Source: Ostrea edulis
Lineage: Eukaryota
Length of the DNA: 64,000 nt
Assembly (NCBI RefSeq): GCF_947568905.1
Contig: NC_079164.1
Span: 29,698,001 to 29,762,000 of the forward strand
Reading direction: 5' to 3'
Shown: positions 11,733 through 26,700 of the stretch, piece by piece
Layout of the letters: every line of letters begins with the position of its first letter
Numbering within the stretch: position 1 is the stretch's first letter
The notes under the pieces: model-generated
Seen by the model: the letters and a program-made list of their open reading frames with translations, nothing else
The model's database searches: none
Told to the model about the DNA's origin: nothing
Position numbers and translations under genes: made by a program

Positions 11733-14700
11733 CTGGAAACATCAAATATATCTATACTAACACATAAAGCACACAGCATTAAGGTCATCACCTATTCCTT
11801 GACTGGTAATATTACACAAATCTATCTTTACATCTCTGTATATATAGCCTAGGTGACAGAACCCACTGCATACATACACTATAAAACTCTGAATTTTAAA
11901 ACACCATGTTTGGATGAGCCGAAACTTTCAAAGTGATGATGTGGACCATTTGTTTTAACACTACTTTAAATTTTTCTGATGCAATTATTTGAATATCAAA
12001 ATGCAAATCAAAAATGTTACAAAACCCCACCACACTTTAAAATTTCTTTATTTTCATATAAAACATCAATATTCACGGACTATTTTCTCATGCCTGTATG
12101 CCATCAATGTGAAGGTAATTAATATGGTGAACTAATCACATGATCTGTCTTACCTCCAAAGTATCGCCCATGGAGGGCCCTGACAGATGCTACGGCTGCA
12201 GATATCGTTGGACACTTGACGTACACATTCCCTTGGGGTGAGGCCTTGTCTACATACAGGTGAAGGACTCCCCCATGCTTGTTGCATTCCTCTATAACAT
12301 CATCTCTGATCTCCTGGTCCCAGGTCGTCCTGGATTCCCTGTAAAGCCAGTCGGACATAATTAAAGGAAACTGTTCAGAGGATGATGGAGTTGTCACATC
12401 TTCTCAACTCCATTTAAAACTGCTTGCATGAAACACCTAAGTTACCAACCTACCACAGCATGTTTTTACTACAACATACAAGTAACTTAGTCAGTGAGCA
12501 ATATATTGCAAGCTATATTGTTATTGGGCTTGTTTCTTTAAAGTAAAAAATAATGGTCTATTTCCTGTTAAAGGGCTTTTGGATTTAAACAAAAGCTGTA
12601 TCTTCTAATAATATTATAATCCTAAATCAATCACAGTTCTTTGATATCTTAGCAATTTGAATTGATCAGAAATACAGAAAGAGAAGCTGGATACATGCAG
12701 TCTTGACTGTCATATATACGACCACTTGGTGGACTAATGCAAAAAAGTCACACAGGACACCAAATACAGTCTGGGATGCCTTAGAGATTTTCAATATACA
12801 ACATATTCAAAGTACTAATGAATCCTGATGTACACCTCTACAGAACCCACCGGTGCAAAACAATTCGCTTCCTCTTTTTAAAGGGGGCACAATAACATAG
12901 TTGAGACAGATATTTCTCATCCTATGGGAATATTTCTATTGCACTTACGAAGTAGGATCAAACATGTTTGAGAGCATAAAACACTGGGTGGCTATAGGTG
13001 GCGCTGTACTGTCTTGTCCTTGTCCCTGGCTTCCCATAATGGCCGAGACATTAGGGGGTCCCCCTGCTGCTGGTACTGAAGCCACACCTGGTGCCTGTTG
13101 GCTGATATTTAGTGCTGAGGCAGCATACTCAGGAATCTGGAATCCTGTGCCTGAAAATCATACAAATGTAAACCTTAAAATTTATGTTGATATCTTTGGA
13201 AGAAAGTGGTGCAACATTAAATCAAATGACAGTGAAGACTTTTTACAGGATCTAACTTGTTCAACTATATCGGAAAAAACAAGCAGCCCATGAGCCAGAT
13301 CGCTCACCTGAGTCACCTTGGCTCATATTTAAAGATTTTTCCTACATATTTGCATGTAAAACTTTGATCCCCATTGTGGCCCCGGGGCAACCTACTCCCG
13401 GGGGCCATGATTTTTTCAAAATTGAATCTGCACTATGTCAGGAAGCTTTCATGTAAATGTAAACTTTTCTGGCCCAGTGATTTTTCAGAAGAAGATTTTT
13501 AAAGATTTTCCCTAGATATTTGTAAGTGAAACTTTGATCCCCTGTTGTCACCTCATCTTACCCCTGGGGGACATGATAACTTGAATCTGTACTATGTTAG
13601 GAAGCTTTCATGTAAATTTCCATTTTCCTGGCCCAGTAATTTTTGAGAAGAAGATTTTTCCTATATATTTGTATGTAAAACTTGGATCCCCAATTGTGGC
13701 CCCATCCTATCCTCAGGGGCCATGATTTTAACAAACTATGTCAGAAAGCTTTCATGTAAATTTCAGCTTTTCTGGCCCAGTGGTTCTTGAGAAGATTTTA
13801 AAAGATTTTCCCTATATATTTGTATGTAAAACTTTGATCCCCTATTGAGGCCCCATCCTATCCCCAGGGGCCATGATTTTAGCAAACTTTAATCTACACT
13901 ATGTTAGGAAGCTTTCATGTTAATTTCAGCTCTTCTAGCCCTGTGGTTCTTGAGAAGAAGATTTTAAAATGAAATCACCCTATTTTTGCATTTTTGTGAT
14001 TATCTCCCCTTTGAAGGGGACATAGCCCTTCATTTGAACAAACTTAAAAGCCCTTCATCCAAGGATGTTTTTGGCCAAGTTTGGTAATAATTGGCCCAGT
14101 GGTTCTGGAGAAGAAGTCGAAAATGTAAAAAGTTTACAGACAGACAGACAACATGCGATCAGAAAAACTCACTTGGTGAGCTAAAAATCATTGATTAACC
14201 TTGAATTACAAACTAAAACAAGACTAATCAAAATATAAATTTGCTTAAAAATTACCCTCTGCCAATTTGGCCATAAGCTGTAGACGACCTGTGGCCCCAA
14301 GGTCTATCCCTGCCCTATCCATCTCATCGCTATCCAACATAGAGGCCCCCTGGATCTCTCCCTGTCTCTCAGTCACATGACCAACCTTCATTGGTCGACC
14401 AGCCAGTTCAAATCCATTTAATTGTTCCAAAGCTTTCTTGGCATCTTCAGAATCATGGAACTGCAAGTACAAAGGTAACTTATTACCTAAGACAAATCTA
14501 TTTTCTCCCCTCTCCTTCATTACATTTTTGTATCAATATGGAACAGTCTTGTTGCTTTTAGCCTTATACTGAATGTGTTTTAATACCATACATACAGTAT
14601 AAGCCTGGAATTCACTCCTGGTTGTTTAAACATTTTACATACAAAATTTTGTTTTCAATAAATCTAATTTCATGATTATGCAGAAATTCAGGGTCATCAA

Positions 14701-17700
14701 AAATACAGAAAATAACGAAATATTCCTGCAGTCAAAATGATATTTCAAACTCACTTATTTTTGTGAGGCATTAAGTTGTATGTGCAGTATTTCAATCTAT
14801 CTTCTTCATAGCCAACACGAGTACCTCAAACGGTACATAATACGCCTGTGAAAATCCTTACATAGGGCATTTTTCTTAAGCCATAATTTGTAGAACTTTG
14901 CTCCAGGTAATAACAGCCATCATTGGGCTGTGACATACTTTCTTTGCATTGTATGAATAAAGAGTCTCAGCTTAAAGGCATATTGTCACTCATTTTGATG
15001 AAATTTTTTGGTCACCCCAAATTATTTCATTTCTTTCTTATATTATTTAAAAAAGATAAAGGAATAATATGTATCAACTTTAAAATGAGATAACACTTAT
15101 CAAAAGTCATATTACAAGTCAATTATGTAGCAGATTGAATTTTTGTCTAGGATGACAAAAATTCAAGGGAGGTAATTTTAAGATTATAATTCTTTCGAAC
15201 TTAGAAATAAATGCAGATATAGGTATAAAAATTGTTTCTCTCTGCTGGGAATTACTTGTAAAATTCATTTCGACTAATTTTGCATTTTTTTCAGAATTTG
15301 AACAAAATGAGTGACAATATGCCTTTAAAACTGTGACAGGAGGTAGATACACAAATCAAGAGTTCTGTGTGTAAAATATTTCCCCAAATTTGACCAAGAT
15401 TAACAACCTGTAACTATTCAAAACAAAGAAAATTAAAAGTCCTTGCACTATGCACATCTTCAAGTTATTTACAAAGACCATCGCTTCTAAACTTTGAAAG
15501 GATTTAAAGGACAAACCATGCCCTTTATTTAATATAATACTTCCTCAAAACAGACCAAGTCCAACTACCTGTAATTATCTCAAAAATAACAGAAAATCAA
15601 AATCCTTGCCACACACACATCTTCTATACCCATACAAATACTCTATAAAATAAAAAGGTTCTCAATTGAAAACTGTAGAAGGCAAAACAGAAAAACCATG
15701 TATTCTCACTCTAACCTGTAATTTTCTCAAAAAATTGAAGAAAATCACCATCCTTGCCTCACGGACACCTTCAATACTCATGTAAACACAAGATACAGAA
15801 AACACATGTAAAATAAAAGGGAGGATTTCACCGAATCATGTATTCTCTTCGTCAAAACGGACAAAGTTCAATATTGAGCAAACTAATTTTCTCACAAAAA
15901 TTGAAGAAAATCAAAATCTTTGCCACATGCACATCATCAATATCCATACAAACACTCTGTAAAACAAGATGATCCTCATTTGAAAATTGTGGGAGGAGTT
16001 TGCCAGATAAATTACGTACCCTCTCTATAACAGTAATTTTCAAACAAGAGGTACTGTGAGCAATGCTCACTAAGAATATCCCCCGCTTACCCCAATCTCC
16101 CAAAGGGTGTTCCATGCGATGAAAAAAGCCGTTAAAGAATTTAAATGGAAACCATATTGCTACTTCGATGTCCAGTGCGCTTGACCTTTGGATCCCAAAA
16201 TCGATAGGGAACATCTTCATCCCATGGGTAGTCCATATGTATGATATGGTGACTGTAGGTGGAAAGGATAACGCTTTAGAGCCCGGAAACCATATTGCTA
16301 CTTCGATGTCCAGTGCGCTTGACTTTTGGACCCCAAAATCGATAGGGAACATCTTCATCCCATGGGTAGTCCATATGTATGATATGGTGACTGTATGTGG
16401 AAAGGATAACACTTTAGAGCCCAGAAACCATATTGCTACTTCAATGTCCAGTGCGCTTGACCTTTGGACCCCAAAATCGATAGGGAACATCTTCATCCCA
16501 TGGGTAGTCCATATATATGATATGGTGATGGTAGGTGGAAAGGATAATGCTTTAGAGCCCGGAAACCATTGCGTCTACAGACGGACAACCCGATTCCAGT
16601 ATACCCCCCCACAACTTGTTGTGGGGTGTGTGTGTGTGTGTGTAAGGGGGTATAATAAAGGGGAAAAACTCCTGCATGAGAGTTCAAAATGGATCAAAAT
16701 TGCATCATGATCTAGAGTGATCCACAAAGAAGCTACATAGCAAGTTTCAGCTTGATATGTGACAGAGAAACGGAATTAGAAACAGAAAACCCAAAATGGA
16801 TGGACATACAGACCTTGCTGTACCATAATACATCCCGTCTAAAGACGGGCATATAAATACAAATCACACAAAAATAAGTAAATCTATAGTATTCATTATA
16901 TCCTTACTAATAATGATTACTTACTGATATGAATCCATAGCCTTGGGATCTGTTGGTTTCATGGTCTCTTATTAATTTAATGTCATCAATCTACAGATGA
17001 AAAAATGGAACTTGATTATTTGGGCATCAATATGCACAAAACTGTTTCATTTACATAATGCATGATCATAATCTAATATACAATATAATTTTACCTTTCC
17101 AAATGGCTCAAATATTCCTCTAAGCATTTCCTCTGTGATGTTGAAATGAAGGGAACCGACATATAGCCTCATTGGTCCAATGGTTCCCTTTGTCAAGATG
17201 CTGCTGGGGTTTCCTACTCTATTTTTCTCGGCCTGAGAGGGCTGAACTATAATGGGCACACCGAGTAATTTCTGGTTGGTAAGTCCTATCGCTAATGGCA
17301 CAGAATCAGTGTCTTGAAATTCCACATAGGAGATGCCTTTTGATCTCCTGGTTTTGTTGTCCATGATTAAACGAACATCTCTCACCTAAAAGTAAAAATT
17401 AATCAAACTACATTCATCCTTATTTCATACTTACAGAATATTTAACAATCAAAGAAATTCATTAAAATTGTGATTTCCACTTAAAAATAAAAAGTTTGAC
17501 TACAAACTGCATAAAAATTGACAGCAGACCTGAGACATAAAGTTATAGACATCAATAAATGAAAATCTATGGTACCTTTCCCACTGAGGAGAAGAATTCC
17601 TCAAGGTCTCTCGGTCGGATTCTGGCTGAAAGCTGCATACAAAACACAGTTCTTGCATCTCTCTCCTCTGGAGTTAACTCTGGACCTGGTTGTCTATCAA

Positions 17701-20700
17701 TTAATAGCAATACATAAATACTGATTCACAAAGCAACTAACATTCGCGTAAGTGTCACTCAGCATATTATCAAGAAAACTTATACAATTTCTGTTCATTC
17801 TTGAATGCATAACCTGGAATTAATCAAGTTTACCTACATCATAATCAAGATAACATCCTTAAATATCTAAATTTATATCAAAATAGTAAACAAGAGGCCA
17901 TAACCACATCATTCACTGTAACAGTTACACAACATATAAAAAAAAAATAAATTCCGATCCCCTAATTGTGGCCCCACCCTAGTCAAACAAGCTTGATTCT
18001 ACATTATCTAATGACTTCCCACGGACAGAGTTTAATGTGGAAAAGATCTGTTAAGGACCTTCATCTCATTTTCACTAGATTTTGTAATTATCTTCCCTCA
18101 CATGGGGAACGATACGTTACTTGAACTAACTTGAATCCAATTTACCAAAGGATGTTTTGGGACAAGTTCAGTTAAAAATGACCCAATGGTAAGATACAGT
18201 GCTCAGTCTTCACGAAAACTCAGTGGTCCGAAGACCGAGGCCAGTGAATTTTAGGGTCGGGTCAGTGAAATTAAAAAATCAGGAAGTCCGATGGGCTTGT
18301 AGACTTTTTGTAAGTCACATGGAATATAATGTTGGATTTAGATATTCTAAACGTCATATTTACTTAAATTACCATCAAAATAAAAATAAATCAATAAATA
18401 GCGCTTAAAGTGTTTTGACATCGTGGTTTGTTTATTTCTTTAAAGTAAAGAACGATAACTATGTCTATACTTGTAATTGTCAAGATAACTTGTACGTTGC
18501 TCACGTGAATATTCAACGAACTTATTGAAACAACAAAAAATGGCCGCGTTCTGTATCGCACTGCAACACTGGTAACTGCTGCTTTATTGCATTGTCAAAT
18601 TAAAATGAACTTCGTCAATTGCAGTTATCTCTGATTTTATGCAATTTCTATAGTTTATAGAATTAATCAATCATTTACATTTGATGTTGGTAGAGAAGGC
18701 TACTATCGTTTACATTTGATGTTGGTAGAGAAGGCTACTTCCTAAGGGCTATTCCAGAAATAAATACATGGGGGGGTCGGGAGGCACCTTTTGTATATAC
18801 CAAGCACCCATAAAAAAAAATAAAAAATTACCCCATGACCCATCAAATTAATAAACTCATTTTACAATGACCCATCTAATAAAAAAAAAAAACTAACCAG
18901 ACCCACCACAAAAATATTTTTAAAAATGAAAACGGTACAAATCTCGCGAGGTTTTCGGGACAAGCATTCTAGTCAATGACGCGGTAATGCTTGTGCGACA
19001 TTGTATCACAGTAGTTCTGAAGAAACGATGTCACATCAACAATCAAAGGCATCTATGGCGGGAATGTTGGAAAGATTGGGAGTCCAAACGATGCTATTAT
19101 CATGAAATGGGTATGGATATGTTTTTCCACGAATCGTTCGTCTTCTAATGGAGCCCGCGCCCAGAGGCCTCTATATCACCATCACACCGACTGATAAATA
19201 TAACGCATCGGTATCCTCGTATAAATCAACTAAGGTTTGCCTATTTTTATTAGAAAACGGAATACCTATTGGTTTCAAAATATTCCCAAAATCGATGCAC
19301 TGTAAACTGTAATAATCTACAGAACAGAGTTCGCCGCCATCACGTCCAAAGGGACCCTATTAAACGCGCCTCTAATTTGAAGAGTGCCGTAATGGAAAGT
19401 TATGCGCTGCAAAGAGCGACAACTCGAATAGTTCTATGTTACTTTCGATTTCGAAAGCAGCATTTCGAAAGCACGTTTTCAATTTTCCCTCCGACGTTTT
19501 GTAACCAACACGACAAGAGCGACAATAAAAATATTCTGAAAACTCAACACCCACGTGGCACAAAATAAAACAATAGAAACTACCCACAATAAATATTTTA
19601 TTAACAATCCCACCACGGACCAATTAAAATATGAAAAAATACGACCACCCACACAAAAAAATATCATTTGCCGCCCGACCCCCCCATTTGATCATTTCTG
19701 GAACAGCCCTAAGGTGCACTCGGGCTGTTTTCATGTTTGTGAAAAATATGTGAATTTGTTGTTTGCGGGTGAAGAAAGAGAGAAAATACCATGTACGGTG
19801 TTGTTTTTCTGGTATCGACAGAAAGGATGCCTTAGGGTGGATATGAATATGAGTAATAATCATAGTTTCAGTAAATTAATTGTACAATTTTACAATGCAT
19901 TCCATAATGTATGTGATAAACATGTACTATGGAAATTTTGGGGGCCAGTACATTTCACCGTGGGCCAGTAAATTCAGACAGTTCACTGGTCTGACTGGCC
20001 AGCAAGTTTTAAATGTTTTCGTGAAGACTGCAGTGCTTCTTGTAATAAAAAGTCACTGATACATTTTGTAGCTTAGACTAAGATTATACAGACAATGATC
20101 CATACTTGTTGTATATGTACATATGTATCCATAAGGTGTGGTTGTTTTTGTTGGGCATGAAGAGCTGTTTTCTTCATGCAAATTTGATTTTGTTTGAGCA
20201 TTCTGAGGTTTATTAATTTGTTTGCTTAAATAACAAGTCAAAGCTATGAAAAGTCTCCACTCTTTCAAGGCAAGAAGACAGTATTTATTTCTGAATGTTT
20301 ATAGTAAAATCCAATTGTTGTTCAGAATGTTTTGTTTTACATGCCCATTCTATGAATGTAGAGTTGTTTTTCATTACTTTGAAGAAAACACACCCTGACC
20401 CCATTCTAATACATACCTAAGATATCTCATGGGACTTTTACTATTGCTCCGCTGTTTTCTCTCTCGTTCTGGTGACCGACTTTTCCTCCTTTCTTTAGAT
20501 TTACTTCTGCTCTTCTTCCGCCTGCTTTCACGACTCTTACTGCGCTTTCTTTCTCTTCTTTCTCTATCCCGGTCCCGTCCTCGGTGTCGATCATGGTCAC
20601 GATGTCTATCTCGATCTCGGTGCCGATCACGACTCCTACTCCTGCAAAACCAATGAAACACTGTCACTCTCTCTAGTTTATTAAAGCTGTCAAACACAGT

Positions 20701-23700
20701 AAAACCTGCCATAGCAGTCACCTTTGTCAAGCAATCACTTCTCTCATGTGCTAATCTTATTCCCTCGTGATTAAAAATCCTGTATAACTCTATTAAGTGG
20801 CCACCTGCATAACCCTGTCAGCGTATCATCACTTTTTCATACCAATCTGCCATATTTCCATGTGCATGGTTGCCATTTTGAATTGTCACATGACTTACAT
20901 CCGGAGTTTATCTTCTGATTGCAGCTAGGTGGTTTCTGAATGCACCGTTACTACAGTAAACAACTGATTAAGCATGGCGTGATCTCAAGAATATTATCGG
21001 TCTTATTAGATAAATTTTCAATGGTTGGATGAACAAATGAAGTTATCTATGGAACTTCACATATCATAAGATAACGAGTTGTTCTTACATGGTAAACCAA
21101 GAGTGTTCATTTCAATTAAATTGCCAGATAGTGGAAGGAAAGCGCTAAATCTGATAGAACGATATGAAGCTCTTAAATCAGGATTCAGCATTATTGGATA
21201 TATGGACTTTTACAGACTCAAAACTTTTTTCTAAAATAAATTGCACTCATAAAATAAAAATAATAAACAAAATGTGTTAGTAAATCATTAAGCTCGTGAG
21301 TAAAGCCAAATTCAACAGAGTCAAAATTGACCCTGCCATCAAAAACAATGAAAGAAAGCAAAAGTGAGCATTCTCACATACCCCACGCTCCAACATTGCT
21401 TTACAATGCCTCACATAATGATTGGTAATGCTAAGCATTACTGCAAGAACAGGACAGATGGGCTCAAAATTCTAAGTTCAAGAGGGGCACAACTCCCATA
21501 AAAATTATTGAATCAGAATTTTCTGGGAATATGCACATCTACAGTGTCATCATCATCTTGTTCTTATTAACTATAAAGTTTCACAAAATTCTGTTCAGAG
21601 GACTTGCGCTGACAAAAACAAGACAGACAGGCTCGAAATTCCAGTCTATGCGAAAGTTTTTTGGACCACACAGGACATTCAGTCCTGCGTAATCAATGAA
21701 CACACCAGAGTTCTTGAAAAGTGTCGGTAATGTCGGATTATCCGATAAAAGTAGTAAATGTCCGACACAAGTTACTTAATTGTCGGTCCTGATGGCTGAT
21801 AAAAGATCGGGATCGAAGTCCGTTTTTTACCGGGAAAAATGGCGGTCATGTGGCCCATAAATTTTCAAACCGATGCCAAATCCGGCAAGACATTGAAACA
21901 TAAACGTGAGGAATCTGTTGTGAGAACTAAGAGGAGAAAGGAAACCGGGAATCTGGGAGACAATGGCTTTTGTTTGATGCAGTTTTACCTACTGCTAGGC
22001 GACACCATCTGCTCAAAGTCGCGAGACCAACTACACCCGGGCCAAAGTGAGAGAGAGTTAATTTAAACGATTGCAGAGCAAGATGAGAAAGAAGTTGAGA
22101 GGAATAGACAGGATAGAAAGAAAAGTGGAGGGTGAGAGAGAAGTGGAGGATGGGACAGAAGTGGAGGATGAGAGAGAAATGGAGCAAAAAAGTGACTCGG
22201 TGAATTGAGGAAGATTCAGAGTGTGAGGAAGATGCAAAAGGGTATGAAAGGAGAATTTATGAACGTATAGCTGAGATGGAGATAGAATACAATAACACAT
22301 GTAGTTGATTATAAATAAAATTTATAAAAACCTCAAAAGCAATGCATTCTTTTCTGGACTGACAAAATTTTGTTTGGGCTGACACTATTTCTAACAGTAT
22401 CGGACCAAATGTCTGACACTTCAAAAGAAATTTCAAGAACTCTGCCACACCGGATCAAACCAAATTTTGTCAGACCGAAAAACCTAATGTAAAAAAGTGA
22501 AACACGTGAAAATGCAAAACCAAGGAAATCTTATTTATTATACTAGTAATACTATACCAGGAATCCCTCCCGCATAATAGTTTAGAAGGTCCATGCAGTT
22601 TTAATCACATTCATTTACGTATTTGGATTTGTGTGATATTTTTTACTTATAACATCCCGTGGAGATCCGGGTTAGAAAGGTCCTCAGTACCTCCTTGCTT
22701 GTCGTAAGAGGCGACTAAATGGGGCGGTCTTTCGGATGAGACCGTAAAAACAAAGGCCCCTCGTCACAGCATTTTTGGCACGATAAAGATCCCTCCCTGC
22801 TCAATTCAATGGCCATAAGCGCCGAGCATAGGCCAAAATTTTGCAGCCCTTCACCAGCAGTGGCGATGTCTCCATATTAGGGGTGCAACGATACAGTACT
22901 TTCTCGATTCGATTTTCGATACTTTAGTCTCAATGATTTTCGATTCAATACAATATCATGTACCAAATTCTTTATAATGCTAAGATTTTTAAGTTGCATT
23001 GTATTTATTGCTCTCTGCAAATAAATTCTACATAATGTAAAAACGTTTAACACAAAGCAACACTCTTATCACTAGTCCTAAAGCCGAAATGTTGCTATAC
23101 CCAGGATTTATACATGGGGGTGCATTTTTCAACTCGACTGCATCCATTTTGATACAGCAAACTTTGCTCGTATGTTGATTGGGCAATTTTCAATTCCAAT
23201 GGCTAATCAGAAACCGTGTTATCAAAAGCAATGCGTGCTACGATTTTAGAACCGTATCGAACCGACACAGACTCCGAGTAAATTGAACATCGAATAGAGA
23301 CCACTACATCGTGATGCATCGTTTCACCCCTACTCAATTTACTTATAACAAGCATTTAAACGACTCCGCGTCATAATAGTAAAGCTCAAAACCGGATACT
23401 GAAACATTGGACATTCCGGTCCGGTGTAAAAAAAAAAAAATGACGCATTGGACCCGAAGCACTGCACATCGGTCAGGTCGACGACATCTTTTGCATAGAC
23501 TAAAATTCTAAATTCAAAAGGGGCATAACTCCCAGGAAAAAAACCCATTATACCCTCTGTAACTTCGTTGCATGAGGTATAATTAAGCATTATCTACTGT
23601 CAGACATCAAGGAATTTTATTGACATGTCTGCCTTTTCAAGACTCTTGCTACACATATATTTGTACATTGATTTTCTTTATTTGCCTTTTCACAGTCATA

Positions 23701-26700
23701 TCTTGAACACTAGAAGAGTCATGTACATGTCTGAAATGAAATTCACTTTCTTTAGAACCTGTTCCGGCTTTTCTCTTCACTCACCTGCGTCGATCGCGAT
23801 CTCTATCCTTGTCTTTATCCCTGTCTCTATCACGACTCCTGCTTCTCTTTTTCCTACAAAGTAAATATCCTACTTCAAAAATGTTACCAAGGACACTGTA
23901 TTCATTCAACAATATAACAAATTTCAAAATTAATTTGCTAAAATTTCAAGAAAGTCAAAAATATTCCTTTAAAAAAAAAGAAGTTTCCATTTGTCATAGA
24001 TTCTGATAGAATATGAAATTAATACTAAAGTGATAAATTACAACAACAAAAAAAAAAAATGATGTTCATAAAATATGTGTAACCTCTGATTCAACCCTTC
24101 TTTACACCATTTGCACCTATTTAAAATACCTATAAGTTGACATGATCTAAGATCTGGATGTCAAGAGTGTAACTAAATCTTCCCATCGGACATACCTTAT
24201 TTAGTATGTGACAAAATTCAACAGCTTAGAATGCCGAGATTTATCCCCCTTTTGATGGGACCAACAAATTGAGAATACCTAGATGTAACATACAGAACTA
24301 GGCATTAAAAATCCCATCAGAAAACGTGTCTTCTTTTATCAAACTTAAAATTTTCTTTCACATCACCTACAAATAAATGCCTTTTCATGGGATTTCCAAA
24401 TCCTATAAAATGTTGATCTTTGCTAAGCCAAACTCTGGTTAACTCTGCATGAAATTCAAGTGAAAACAATGTTAAATTCAAGTGAAAACAAAGTTAAGTC
24501 CTGCAGACTCCTGTAAATGACAGAAATGACTCCCAGACATTAAATGATGTACTATATGTAGACAATGAACATGTATTTCTTTCCTTAAGACAGCTCATAA
24601 ACAGTGCACTGAATCATCTGCAATATACCAAGGTGCAAAACAATTAATTTGATACAACAAGAGTTGCAATTCCTGCTATTTCTTTGCCCTTAGCATAATT
24701 ATGTTTAAAATCAATTGAGTTATGATCCAGACTCTATTTTAGACACTTCAAATTAAGAGTAAAGTGGACAAATATTCAACCAAAAACTTGATTTCACAAC
24801 TCAAAGTAATAACTCAGTTTTGTGGCTGAGGAATTTTTTTTTTTTAGAAATTTAACAAGATCAGAATCCAAATATTGTTCACATGAAAGTAAACCAAAGA
24901 AAACAGAATGGTCAGTTTTGGTAATCACTCCAAATACTATGATACAGCAATAGACATGTGTCCTTATTTAGAAATAATTGATTTTTATGGATTACATGCT
25001 AATAATTCTAAGAGATGTCAACAAATTTACAGCTGTTATCCAAGAACTTTTCATTCAGTATCTAAACTGAAATTCACGTCGACTCTCCTTCAATACATCA
25101 ATAAAATTGTGCAATGTGGCAGCCTTGAGTCTGATGTGGTGGTGCCTGATAATTCAAAGATCTTATTTGGTTAGCTTAATAAAATATCAAATAAAATCAA
25201 TGATTTCAATATTGATCTCCAGACATATTGCTTTATCATTTCATACTTTATAAAGTCCATGACATATACTTGATGGTTGGTTTCACCACATTTGATAGCA
25301 GCACTAAAAATTGGAAGGGTATTGCAAGTTTGCACAGTGTTCATGTGGATAGTTTACTAAAAAATTCACAGTTAAACAATGAAATTTAGCTTACACATTT
25401 ATGATATGCAATTATTTTAAGAGCAGGAACTTACAATCTGAACATCAAGTATTCAAATTGTTTTTTCTTTTATTCATGCTTTGGCAAATCTAAACTTTGG
25501 CATTTCATAAGAAAGAAAAAAAAGAGTTCAAAGTAGAGACCTTCAACTTTTGGTCACATTAAAACTGTTTCGAGGAATTACTAGGGGCGTTGGTTTGTGT
25601 GAAATATATAGATTCATACATGATTGGTATAGTCTCTTACCTCTTTTCTCGGTCTCTGTCTGCATCTCCTCTTCCGTCATCCTGTTGTCCCAAACAAACA
25701 ATCAGTCACACACCAGGTCAAAAACAAAGGAAGGAAAGAAAAAAGACAAAACAATGCATTAGTATGCATAAAACAAATTCATATCCTACATTGATTCAAC
25801 AAGCTTTTCTACTGAACATCTGACAGCTATGATTCTAATTAGTCAACAGATGTCTCCCTTTCCAGTTGTTTCATTTGAAAAGCTTGTTATACATTACAAC
25901 ATCAAGTTTTACGTACCAATCTGAATAACAAATCTGAAAAAGTTCACCTGTAACAAAAGCCTTACATCCCATTCCTCTCACACACATCATCGCTCAAACA
26001 CCTCAAAGTCTAAAAAGACTACTGGCAAATCAGCATAATCAAATACAATTCCAGGTTTTATTCATGCTTTCCTTAGCATTCCTCAGTTTAGAAAATGTGG
26101 GAAAGTCTGAGGAATGCTATTTACTAGAAAAGCTTCTCACAATAGACACATCCTTTCTTTCATACATAAAAAGAGCTCAGATAGAGGACGCAAAATTAGT
26201 ACATCTCAGTCAGAGCCGATCTCAGTTTCTCTTCTGTCTTCCATTAGCTGGCAAGAGTCCTCTGTTGCTATGCCAACCCTATGATGAGAGGGAGGGGCAA
26301 AATTCAGTTGTCTTTCAAAAATCAATTGCATCAAAAATTTATCAAATTCATGTGAATATTTTTTTTTTCCATTTTACTTTGACATATATTTTACATTTAA
26401 ATGCAATAAATGAAATAAATGTGAACATCGGCATCATGGAGTCTGATAGGCATACAACCATCAGTACCTTTCTACTTGCATGGGAATTTCACACTTGTTG
26501 TGTACATGAAGTGGTACTATGGATATCTATGGATAGAACCAAACAAGCCTTTATTACAAAGAATCTAATTACTCTTACTATAAGAAGACTAAAGCAGGTA
26601 AAATTTACTATAACCTCATCTGCTTCGCAATGATAAATAAATATTAAGCTTTGGTTATGGATTCCTAAAGCAACATTTCGTTCCAAAAATATAACCTTTA

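Larger units (their letters stand above)
21330..23585 (-). mobile_element. Degenerate HINE interrupted by a CAGG-terminal DNA element (21628 to about 23508)
   Basis: HINE body then TTATACCCTCT...GAGGTATAA end; inner CAGGCTCGAAATTCCAGTCTATGC with degenerate inverse at 23489-23508. Confidence 0.5.

Noticed and set aside
11726-11736. CAG|GTAAGA recursive-splice-like site at the last RBM39 coding exon
   Set aside because: Explained by conserved G-K-M codons; no other support.
11905-11945. GGATGAGCCGAAAC hammerhead-like string
   Set aside because: Core lacks CTGA and stems I-III cannot be formed.
12901-13293. 130-aa plus-strand ORF
   Set aside because: Antisense shadow of an RBM39 exon.
5440-16570. 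Tandem arrays as CRISPR
   Set aside because: Eukaryotic satellites with no unique spacers and no cas genes.
15852-16710. 214-aa and 180-aa overlapping ORFs with internal repeats
   Set aside because: Artefact of a 138-bp (3n) tandem repeat inside a HINE; open on both strands, no domain.
26064-26633. 189-aa plus-strand ORF antisense to the RBM39 intron
   Set aside because: No recognisable motif, intron-like composition; the minus-strand splice signals explain the region better.
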